From Minisyncoccota bacterium (lineage in GTDB: Bacteria; Patescibacteriota; Minisyncoccia; Phycocordibacterales; SW-6-46-9), in contig JBBDUH010000041.1 in NCBI GenBank assembly GCA_040904005.1, positions 1-35,343 on the forward strand: a stretch of 35,343 nt of DNA. Reading direction: 5' to 3'. Under the pieces are notes generated by a model. It saw only the letters and a program-made list of their open reading frames with translations. It was not told where the DNA came from and did not search any database. Shown here in pieces: positions 14,510 through 22,063 of this stretch (position 1 is the first letter of the stretch; every line of letters begins with the position of its first letter). A program made the translations under genes and the position numbers.

Positions 14510-15406
14510 ATGCGAGTCGTTATCGCCTATGTTCCGGTAATTCATTCAGGGTATTTAAAGTTTTTTGAAAAGTATTCAGATGCAGACCAAATCTATATTT
14601 TTGGAGGGGAGATAATAGATAAGTTTGATTATCTACGAAAAGAAATTAGGGCCATCGCTCCAGAGGAGGCAAAAGTAGCCCTAGAAAGATTGCTTGGAAG
14701 AGAGATTATAATTCTTGATCTTGATAATCTTTCGAAGCTGACTGGCAGTAACCTAAAGGAAATTATTGCTCATCGTGAGGATGTTACAGAGGAGTTACTC
14801 ACAGACCACTTTCTTGATACGAAAATTACTTATGACAATATCTTTCTACGTTGGAATAGAGAAAATGCTACTAAAAAGATCGATGTTTCTCCCGGGACAG
14901 TTATTGAAGCCGATAAATTCACTAAAGAAATTTTAGGAAAAGCCTTCGAAGTCGCAGAAGGGAGCTCAGATTGGTGGTTGCAGGTAGGGGCTGTGGTAGT
15001 GAGAGATGAGCAGGTGATTCTTTGTGGTCATAATCGTGGCGACCAATCGCGGCATCAGGTCTGGAGCGAAGGAGATCCACGCAACTGCTTCTGGCAAGGG
15101 GTAAACATAGATCTCTCTACCTCTCTGCATGCGGAAAGGGTGGTTATATCAGAAGCAGCCAGAAAGGGAATTGCCTTAGAAGGCGCTTCTTTATACGTTA
15201 CTCATTTTCCTTGCCCAACCTGTGCCAAGGCAGTTGCTTCTGCTGGGATAAAGAAACTTTATTATGCTCAAGGATATGCAGTGATTGACGGCCAGAGTGC
15301 TCTTGAAAACAAAGGGGTAGAAATAATAAAGGTGAACGGGATTGATGCTCTAGAAAAAGGAGATGAATTTATTCCTTACTCAGAAAAGAAAAAAGCGTCT
15401 GCATAA
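14510..15406 (+). CDS. Two-domain protein: N-terminal nucleotidyltransferase-like domain (degenerate HxGH) fused to a dCMP/cytidine deaminase zinc-binding domain
   Basis: C-terminal HAERVVISEAARKG...THFPCPTCAKAVASAGIKKLYY gives the H-A-E and PCxxC zinc motifs. N-terminal VVIAYVPVIHSGYLKFFEKY resembles a HIGH-type motif in which the last His is Tyr. Confidence 0.7.
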   Translation: MRVVIAYVPVIHSGYLKFFEKYSDADQIYIFGGEIIDKFDYLRKEIRAIAPEEAKVALERLLGREIIILDLDNLSKLTGSNLKEIIAHREDVTEELLTDHFLDTKITYDNIFLRWNRENATKKIDVSPGTVIEADKFTKEILGKAFEVAEGSSDWWLQVGAVVVRDEQVILCGHNRGDQSRHQVWSEGDPRNCFWQGVNIDLSTSLHAERVVISEAARKGIALEGASLYVTHFPCPTCAKAVASAGIKKLYYAQGYAVIDGQSALENKGVEIIKVNGIDALEKGDEFIPYSEKKKASA

Positions 15407-15441
15407 CTATGCAGACGCTTTTGGTTAGAATTAATTGTAGG

Positions 15442-16068
15442 TTAGAGCCTTTCTTTTACATGATTAAACTCTTCCTCTGTCAGAATATTTTTTATCACTT
15501 CGTCATCCCCAGGTTCAACCTTTGATTGACGCAGCTTTTCGAATATTCGCACCCGTTTCTTTGTGGATGCTATTTTCTCTAAATCTTTAGCTAGAGTTGC
15601 TTTCACGTTTCCAGTTTCGTCCGGGATGATAATGTTGGCATGAAGGTGACGAATACTGCTGGCATTCCTTGCTGGGTTTCCATACCGCATTACAAACCCA
15701 CCTCCACTGACATCAATTTGCACTTCGCCACTCATGGCAAAAAAACTAAGTTCTCCGATAGCTTGCCAGTCATTTTTCGTCATGTCCATAATGTGCGTAA
15801 TATGACGTTCTGGAGCTATTATCAGGTGTCCGGAGGTGTGACTGTGCGAGTAAGGGTTGTGCCACATAACCCACTCAAATCCAGGCACTCCTTTCTTGCA
15901 GATTACTTTGTTAAGCTTCGGGTCTCTGTGCTCAGGACAGAATTTACAGACTCCTTCTCTGATCCATTCGATCATTTCCAGAAATTGCTTGTAACTTCGT
16001 GAACCGTTCAGTATCGAGGCTATATCTTCATCACTGAAGTTTAGCCCTGCGAGTTTAATATCTCTCAT
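15442..16068 (-). CDS. HIT-superfamily protein, transferase-like variant (HxHxN), with a CxxC element
   Basis: VCKFCPEH ... GHLIIAPERHITHIMDM ... IRHLHANIIIP. Paralogous to the next gene. SD ggagga upstream. Confidence 0.6.
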   Translation of the reverse strand: MRDIKLAGLNFSDEDIASILNGSRSYKQFLEMIEWIREGVCKFCPEHRDPKLNKVICKKGVPGFEWVMWHNPYSHSHTSGHLIIAPERHITHIMDMTKNDWQAIGELSFFAMSGEVQIDVSGGGFVMRYGNPARNASSIRHLHANIIIPDETGNVKATLAKDLEKIASTKKRVRIFEKLRQSKVEPGDDEVIKNILTEEEFNHVKERL

Positions 16069-16132
16069 CTCGAATCCTCCATTTGTTTTTTATAGGTGCA
16101 GTTCGGTGACTACAATACATTATTTCGGGTCT

Positions 16133-16597
16133 TCAGTCAATATTATTAGGGTGACCAATTTTAAACTTCACTTTTTCTCCAGCAGAGAGGTCGGGCTCTA
16201 TAAGATGAGCGTGGAGGTGCGTGACTGTACTCCCATAGTTTCCGTCTTCATTAGGAACCCCAAAACGCATCGTCAAACCCCCTCCTTTAATGTGACCTTT
16301 CTTTGAAGCAAGCTGGAAGAGCTCAATGAGCTCTCTGCCTGCCTCGGGCGACAAGTCATTAATATGCTCAATATGCTCTTTATAGATCACAAGGTAGTGA
16401 TTAAGGGTATTGTCATAAGGCCATTGATTTTCAGTCAGTAGCCAATAATCTCCCTGTTCTATGATTTCTTTCTTATGATACTTTGCTAGGTTTTCTTCAC
16501 AGAAAGGACAGACGCCGTCATCATCTATCTGCTCCATTACCTGCTTTTGGTCTTCCAGTCGTGCGTGGTTTTTGTCAATAAATTTATTTTCACTCAT
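16133..16597 (-). CDS. HIT-family nucleotide hydrolase/transferase (Ap4A-phosphorylase-like), full HxHxHxx motif
   Basis: VCPFCEEN ... NHYLVIYKEHIEHINDL ... VTHLHAHLIEP. One of only two TGA-terminated genes noted in the window. Confidence 0.65.
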   Translation of the reverse strand: MSENKFIDKNHARLEDQKQVMEQIDDDGVCPFCEENLAKYHKKEIIEQGDYWLLTENQWPYDNTLNHYLVIYKEHIEHINDLSPEAGRELIELFQLASKKGHIKGGGLTMRFGVPNEDGNYGSTVTHLHAHLIEPDLSAGEKVKFKIGHPNNID

Positions 16598-16600
16598 GGA

Positions 16601-17530
16601 TTAAATAGCTACCGGAATTCCTTTAATTCCCGGGTGAGGTTCGTAGTCGCTTAGTTGGAAGTCTTCATAACGGAAGTCAAACAGATCCTTCTTTTCAGTG
16701 TTTATCTTCATAGTAGGGAATGGCTTAGAGTCTCTCTCTAGCATCTTCTTCACTGTCTCCACCTGGTCAATGTATATATGGGCATCAGAAATACTATGGA
16801 CGTACTCGTAAGGCTCCAGACCGGTCACGTGAGCAATAGCAAGAGTTAGCGCTGCGTACTGAACGATATTAGAAGGTACACCGATAGGTAAATCTCCAGA
16901 GCGCTGCATCATGTGAAGTGTCAGCTTTCCGTCGATAACTCTAATGTGAACCCATCCATGACAAGGGCAAACAGTGACTTTCTGCTTCTTGCCTTCTCCG
17001 CGGATTGTGTACTGAGGGATCCAGGGAGTTATAAAGTGTGTTCGTAGGTGTGGAAGTTCTCGTATCTGCTCAATAATGTTTTGAAATTGGTCATAAGATC
17101 CTCCATCAGCAGTAGGGAAGTCATGGAAGGCGGCTCCGTAAGATCCGGGTCCAATATCACCAGTCTCAAGCCCTCTTTTGCTGCATTTTGCTTCTGTTAC
17201 CCACGGATCCCACCAGTGACAGCCAAAGTCAGCAAGGCCTTCTTTTGTGCGCACTCCATTTATGAAAGCAAAGATCTCTCCAACAGCTTGCTGCCAAACG
17301 GTTGGCTTCCCACTTATGTCAGGAGCCATGTTTCGTTCCGTTATTAGCGGGAATCCTTCACTGAATTTGAAGTGCATCGGACTAGGTGCAATTTTGGCTA
17401 GCGAATCAACCTCTTGCTGGCTAATCCCTTGGTTGCCTTGTTCAAGAATTTCGTTTAATACTCTCTTGTAATCGTTACTAGGTTCTCTTTCTCCTACTGG
17501 TTTTGCATTAGTTATATCCCTAAAATTCAT
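16601..17530 (-). CDS. thyA: Thymidylate synthase family (ThyA fold), divergent
   Basis: CPCHGWVHIRVIDGKLTLHMMQRSGDLPIGVPSNIVQYAALT...SDAHIYIDQ...FRYEDFQLSDYEPHPGIKGIPVAI is collinear with E. coli ThyA. Catalytic Cys, R166, D169, N177, H207, Y209 and the C-terminal PVAI are present. Confidence 0.8.
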   Translation of the reverse strand: MNFRDITNAKPVGEREPSNDYKRVLNEILEQGNQGISQQEVDSLAKIAPSPMHFKFSEGFPLITERNMAPDISGKPTVWQQAVGEIFAFINGVRTKEGLADFGCHWWDPWVTEAKCSKRGLETGDIGPGSYGAAFHDFPTADGGSYDQFQNIIEQIRELPHLRTHFITPWIPQYTIRGEGKKQKVTVCPCHGWVHIRVIDGKLTLHMMQRSGDLPIGVPSNIVQYAALTLAIAHVTGLEPYEYVHSISDAHIYIDQVETVKKMLERDSKPFPTMKINTEKKDLFDFRYEDFQLSDYEPHPGIKGIPVAI

Positions 17531-17761
17531 GATGTTTTATATTATTTCTTTATACTAATCATACTACAATTATTCTGAAGGGTATGAGTGCAAAGTAAAT
17601 AGTCTCCAAGTCAAACCTGCCTATCGATATTTGCTGTTATACTTCAAGTTACGAGGAATGGCTTAAAGTTTAGAGTAAAAATACTTAAAAAGCTGTAAAT
17701 TTATCACTTCTGTTTTATTCTTGTTCTTGTGGTAAAGGATCTACTGGTACTGGAAAATAAT

Positions 17762-19024
17762 ATGGAATACAAAAATCTCAAAACTGAAGACAAGGAGATA
17801 TACGAAGCCGTGGTTGGTGAGCGTGAGCGTCAGGCTAAGACGCTGAACTTAATTGCCTCGGAAAACTACACCAGCCAGGCCGTCCATGAAGCGACAGCAA
17901 GCCGGCTGGCAGAGAAGTACGCTGAGGGCTACCCGGGCCGGCGCTACTACAGTGGGCAAAAATTTGCCGATCAGGTCGAAAGTCTAGCAATCGAGCGAGC
18001 CAAGGAGCTCTTTGGTGCAAAGTACGCCAATGTTCAGCCGCTTTCCGGGGCACCAGCCAACCTGGCCGTCTACTTCGCTCTTCTCGAGCCGGGAGATACT
18101 GTTCTCGGTATGGATCTCTCTCACGGTGGGCATCTTACTCACGGTCATCCGGTCACACTTCCAGCCCATGTCTTTAACTTCGTCCGCTACGGTATGAAGG
18201 ACGTCACAACCGGCGAGATTGATTACGACGCGCTGCGTGAGGTAGCAAAAAAGGAGCAGCCGAAGATTATTCTGGCTGGCTTTTCAGCTTACTCCCGTGA
18301 GCTCGACTACAAAAAGTTTAAAAAAATCGCTGACGAGGTAGGAGCTATCAGTATGATGGATGCGGCGCACATCGCTGGTCTGATCGCCGGCGGTGCTCTG
18401 GCAAATCCATTAGAGGTTGGTTTTGATGTGATGACCTGCACCACTCACAAGACACTGCGCGGTCCGCGCGGCGGGCTTATCCTGAGTCAGGATGAGGAGA
18501 CAGCCGCAAAGATTAATAAGGCCGTTTTCCCGGGTCTGCAGGGTGGTCCGCATATGAACTCCATTGCTGCTAAGGCCGTTGCTTTCCGCGAGGCAGCAAC
18601 AGAAGAGTTCGCAAGCTACGCCAAGAAGGTAATAGCGAATGCGCAGGCAATGGCCGAAGTCTTTACCGACCAAAAGGCGACTATCATTGCCGGTGGAACC
18701 GACAATCATCTGATGCTTATCGACGTAGTAGAATCCTTCGGCATTGGTGGAGATAAAGCACAAGAGACACTGGAGGCGGTTGGCATCACGCTTAATAAAA
18801 ACGCTATTCCGGATGATGAGCGGTCCCCAATGGATCCCGCAGGAGTGAGGATCGGTACACCTGCCATTACCACGCGTGGTTTTGATGAGGAAGCCAGCCG
18901 TGAGCTTGCTGGGCTGATCTGTACTCTCCTGGCTGACCCGGAAAATGAAGCTCTGCAGGCGCAGACTGCTGAGAAGGTAGCCACCCTCGCCGCCGCTCAT
19001 CCGATCCCGAACTCATTTGTATAA
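17762..19024 (+). CDS. glyA: Serine hydroxymethyltransferase
   Basis: NLIASENYTSQAV, EGYPGRRYYSG and TCTTHKTLRGPRGG (PLP lysine motif). ATG 17762 is preferred to the 17729 ORF start. Confidence 0.95.
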   Translation: MEYKNLKTEDKEIYEAVVGERERQAKTLNLIASENYTSQAVHEATASRLAEKYAEGYPGRRYYSGQKFADQVESLAIERAKELFGAKYANVQPLSGAPANLAVYFALLEPGDTVLGMDLSHGGHLTHGHPVTLPAHVFNFVRYGMKDVTTGEIDYDALREVAKKEQPKIILAGFSAYSRELDYKKFKKIADEVGAISMMDAAHIAGLIAGGALANPLEVGFDVMTCTTHKTLRGPRGGLILSQDEETAAKINKAVFPGLQGGPHMNSIAAKAVAFREAATEEFASYAKKVIANAQAMAEVFTDQKATIIAGGTDNHLMLIDVVESFGIGGDKAQETLEAVGITLNKNAIPDDERSPMDPAGVRIGTPAITTRGFDEEASRELAGLICTLLADPENEALQAQTAEKVATLAAAHPIPNSFV

Positions 19025-19032
19025 ATTTTTCA

Positions 19033-20790
19033 ATGATTATCGATACGATAAAAAATTCCCTTAAAGCGGCTCTAGAAGCTCTTGATATTTTCACTGGTGT
19101 TGAAATCCAGTTGGAGCATCCAGCTGATCTCTCTCATGGAGACTATGCTTGTAATGTTGCTATGCAGCTTGCCGGCGAGATAGGCACCAACCCGCGTGAG
19201 TTGGCCAAGAAGATTGTCGCAGAGCTTGAGCAAAATCTACCCGCAGAAATTGCTTCAGTCGAGGTCGCCGGCCCGGGCTTCATCAACTTTCACCTCTCTC
19301 CGGCCTTCTTTGCTCAGAGTCTGCAGGAGATAGTTACGGCGGGTGCCGACTTCGGTCGCAGTGATCGGTTGGGCGGGCAGAAGACAATTTTTGAGTACAC
19401 GACCCAGAATCTTATGAAGGAGTTTCATGTCGGCCACCTGATGAGCCACGTCATTGGCAATGCCATCGCTAATATCTATGATTCTCAGGGCGCTGAGGTC
19501 AGGCGTGATAGCTACCAAGGCGACGTTGGTATGCACATCGCTAAGGTTGTCTGGGCTATCTGGAAGGATAAAGATACTCAAGAGCCGTTTCCTGATACAG
19601 CAGATACCCCGCAAAAAAAGGCAAAGTATCTAGGTATGAAGTATAGCTTTGGGGATAAAATGTATGCTCCTAAAGATGAAGATCTTGCAGGGTTTAGTGA
19701 AGGAAAAGAAAAGAATCAAGAAGAGATAGAGGAAATAAATAAAAAGATATACAAAAAGAGTGATTCGGAAATAAATGAATTTTATGAAAAAGCCTGCGCT
19801 TGGAGCCTCGAGAGTTACCAGTCGCTTTATGATCGCCTCGGCGTCGAGCTCGACTGGCAGTTTTTTGAGTCCGAGACAGCGCCGGTCGGCAAAGCGATTG
19901 TAGAGAAAGGACTTGATAAAGGCGTCTTTGAGGAAAACGAGGGCGCTGTCATCTATCGCGGCGATGAGGAGGAGGGCTTGCACACACGTGTTTTCATCAA
20001 CTCAGCGGATATCCCAACCTATGAGGCCAAGGACCTCGGGCTGATGCAGCTCAAGCACGACGCGTACGCATATGATGAGGCAGTGATATTTACCGCCAAC
20101 GAGCAGAACGAGTACTTCAAGGTCGTGCTGGCCGCAGCCAGGGAGGTTATCCCTGAGCTAGCAGAGAAGACCACTCACATCGGCCACGGTATGCTCCAGC
20201 TCACAGATGGAAAAATGTCCTCCCGCACCGGCAATGTACTGTCTGCCGCTGAACTTTTAAATACAGTAAAGGAAAAGGCTGAGGCAAAAATCAGCGAGCG
20301 CAAAGCTGGGGAAGTAAAGAGTGGCACGGCAGAGCTAATTGCCCAGGCCGCTATTCGTTATGCGATTCTTAAGCAAGACGCTAGCAGAAATGTAATCTTT
20401 AATGTTGAACAGTCGTTATCCTTCGAAGGCGACTCTGGTCCGTATCTGCAGTACACCTTTGCACGTTGTCGGTCGCTCCTGGCTAAGGCTGGCGATGGTG
20501 GTCTAGAGCCGTCAGTGGAGTTGCTAGAAGCTGGAGAAGCCACAGCAGTAGAAAGGCTTCTCTACCGCTTCCCGGCAGTCGCACATCAGGCGGCTGACAA
20601 GTACGCGCCACATCTAGTAGCTACATATCTCCATGAGCTGGCAAAAAGCTTCAACTCCTTTTACGGCAGTACACAGATAATTAGTGATGCCGCCGCTGCG
20701 GGCTACCGCCTTGCCATCACAGAGGCGACGGCCCAGGTGCTCGAAAACGGGCTCAAACTACTTGGTATCAAGGCACCAGAGAAAATGTAG
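19033..20790 (+). CDS. argS: Arginyl-tRNA synthetase
   Basis: N-terminal Arg_tRNA_synt_N-like region, EFHVGHLMSHVIGNAI (HIGH), anticodon-binding C-terminus ending in ...KM. 585 aa. Confidence 0.85.
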   Translation: MIIDTIKNSLKAALEALDIFTGVEIQLEHPADLSHGDYACNVAMQLAGEIGTNPRELAKKIVAELEQNLPAEIASVEVAGPGFINFHLSPAFFAQSLQEIVTAGADFGRSDRLGGQKTIFEYTTQNLMKEFHVGHLMSHVIGNAIANIYDSQGAEVRRDSYQGDVGMHIAKVVWAIWKDKDTQEPFPDTADTPQKKAKYLGMKYSFGDKMYAPKDEDLAGFSEGKEKNQEEIEEINKKIYKKSDSEINEFYEKACAWSLESYQSLYDRLGVELDWQFFESETAPVGKAIVEKGLDKGVFEENEGAVIYRGDEEEGLHTRVFINSADIPTYEAKDLGLMQLKHDAYAYDEAVIFTANEQNEYFKVVLAAAREVIPELAEKTTHIGHGMLQLTDGKMSSRTGNVLSAAELLNTVKEKAEAKISERKAGEVKSGTAELIAQAAIRYAILKQDASRNVIFNVEQSLSFEGDSGPYLQYTFARCRSLLAKAGDGGLEPSVELLEAGEATAVERLLYRFPAVAHQAADKYAPHLVATYLHELAKSFNSFYGSTQIISDAAAAGYRLAITEATAQVLENGLKLLGIKAPEKM

Positions 20791-20840
20791 AAAATAGTTG
20801 TTATATAACAGATTATATAACAAACGAAAGTTCCATATAA

Positions 20841-20880
20841 AAATCTCTGACCAGTAATAATGGCCAGAGATTTTGTTTTA
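20841..20880. terminator. Hairpin terminator shared by convergent argS and the 133-aa minus-strand ORF
   Basis: aaatctctg/cagagattt stem with an inner cca/tgg, followed by tgtttta tttt. Confidence 0.55.
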
Positions 20881-21279
20881 TTTTCTATAGGCAGCGAATT
20901 GCTGCCTAATTATTTCGTTTATTTCGGTGTCCATCCATCGTGCTGCTATATCAATTTCAAGTTCGGTCAACTCGCTCATCTTTCTACATAAATGAGTTGC
21001 TTTCTCCACCTGACTTTTCTCACTTTTGAGGCTGTTGATAAAGTTGTTTCCAGCAAAGAAGGAGTTAACAATATCAGTCAGTTCCAAACTTTCGAGTAAA
21101 ACCAGCTTGTCATTTTCTGATTTAACAGCTTCACTTCCAAGCGGCCAATTACTTTCAGATAAGTGCTCCATGACAACCTTCTTCTGTCCGTGACCCATGG
21201 TGTCGTTGGTTGGGTAGGAGTCTAGCAAACCTACTATGTACGCTGCCCGCAAGAGCAATCGTTCTTTTATTTCGATCAT
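20878..21279 (-). CDS. Hypothetical protein (133 aa)
   Basis: Clean ORF with no recognised motif. Lies downstream (minus strand) of the repeat array. Confidence 0.5.
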   Translation of the reverse strand: MIEIKERLLLRAAYIVGLLDSYPTNDTMGHGQKKVVMEHLSESNWPLGSEAVKSENDKLVLLESLELTDIVNSFFAGNNFINSLKSEKSQVEKATHLCRKMSELTELEIDIAARWMDTEINEIIRQQFAAYRK

Positions 21280-21361
21280 TTTCTATTTTTAGGTTTTTTG
21301 GGTACAGTTCTACCCCTAATAATAGCGGCTTTACCCTCTTTTTGCAAGAGATATAAGCTTT

Positions 21362-21438
21362 GTCAAATAAATGGCCAGACATTCGTCTTGGAAATATCCC
21401 ACTATTCGCAAAATACGAATAGTGGCCATTTATTTGTC
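21362..21438. repeat. Inverted repeat gtcaaataaatggcc / ggccatttatttgtc (14 of 15) enclosing two hairpins
   Basis: Arms at 21362-21376 and 21424-21438. The interior contains agac-attc-gtct and the perfect 10-bp ccactattcg-caaaata-cgaatagtgg. Confidence 0.8.
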
Positions 21439-21685
21439 TATCTGCACTTCGTTCGGATATGGATGCAAGCGACCATATCGCTCACTCCGCTTGATAGTCA
21501 AAGGTTGCGAGACCTCGCCACTAGTTATCTATTTGTCTACCAGCGTTTCGCTCGGACATAAATACAAGTGTTTATGTCGCTCGCTCCACTCGATGAGTAG
21601 ATTTATCAATCTACCTACCTGCACTGCGCTCGAAAATAAATATAAATGCTTATTTTCTCGCTCCGTTTGGTAGTCAACTCATCCG
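21431..21685 (+). repeat. Three tandem degenerate units: conserved flanks around a hairpin whose stem sequence differs in every unit
   Basis: Unit pattern is ..tttgtcta.c.gc..TTCGyTCGG-[stem-loop]-CGCTCrCTCC..t.gaTAGTc. The stems are atatgg/ccatat (21457-21478), acataaa/tttatgt (21556-21577) and gaaaataa/ttattttc (21632-21657). Confidence 0.8.
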
Positions 21686-21705
21686 TTTTTTAACCAAATC
21701 AGAGC

Positions 21706-21736
21706 AAATAAAAAGCCCTTGAAATTATTCAAGGGC
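21706..21736 (-). terminator. Rho-independent terminator of the small minus-strand ORF
   Basis: gcccttgaa-atta-ttcaagggc with tttttattt on the minus strand. Confidence 0.75.
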
Positions 21737-21752
21737 CGGAAAATGTTAGCGG

Positions 21753-21950
21753 TTAGTTAGGTATATGCGGCGCGTCTGCTCGGCTACCGGGTGGTGGTTG
21801 CTGTAGCCGTCTTTGGGCGGCTGAGTTGTTCCACGTCTGCATCTTGTCAACAGCTTTGACGCTGTGGTTAGTTAGTTTGCTGACGTATAGCCGGTGGCAG
21901 TTGCTTTGTCCGTCTGTCTTGGGAACCTTAATGAATGGGTTGTCATCCAT
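21753..21950 (-). CDS. Small hypothetical protein (65 aa)
   Basis: gaggtg SD 3 nt before the ATG, and its own terminator. No recognised motif. Confidence 0.45.
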   Translation of the reverse strand: MDDNPFIKVPKTDGQSNCHRLYVSKLTNHSVKAVDKMQTWNNSAAQRRLQQPPPGSRADAPHIPN

Positions 21951-22063
21951 GTACACCTCGTCTTTTTGTTAAGAAGCCTAGTTCCTTTATATCGTAGCAA
22001 ACCTTTCGTTTTTCAGCAAAATACTCCCGAAGTAGCCCGTAAATATGTTACTCTTGTACATAT

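Noticed and set aside
17531-17761. Folate or one-carbon riboswitch (ZTP/pfl or THF) in the 231-nt thyA-glyA divergent region
   Set aside because: There is no GACUGGCG...CCGCCUGGGC (ZTP) or THF-like conserved core. The region is AT-rich with only weak hairpins.
18410-19000. Long antisense ORFs inside glyA (196 aa), ileS (22787..23218, 23305..23838, 23924..24271), recO, secD/secF and thyA
   Set aside because: They are fully embedded opposite strongly recognisable genes, have low-complexity Ser/Arg/Pro-rich composition and no start signals. These are typical shadow ORFs.
19630-19800. Lys/Glu-rich AT-rich stretch in argS as a foreign insertion
   Set aside because: It falls where ArgRS proteins normally have a variable helical insertion, and the frame and flanking motifs are continuous. 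I cannot distinguish it from ordinary lineage-specific variation without an alignment.
21298-21673. ORFs 21298..21561 and 21371..21673 (87 and 100 aa, Cys/Ser/Leu-rich, internally repetitive)
   Set aside because: Their apparent repeats simply translate the tandem DNA hairpin units. They have no SD or sensible start context, and both overlap in different frames.
21431-21685. Tandem hairpin units as a CRISPR array
   Set aside because: There are only three units of unequal length (about 70-100 nt). The conserved parts are degenerate rather than identical repeats, and the variable part is itself a palindrome rather than a spacer. No cas genes are in the window.
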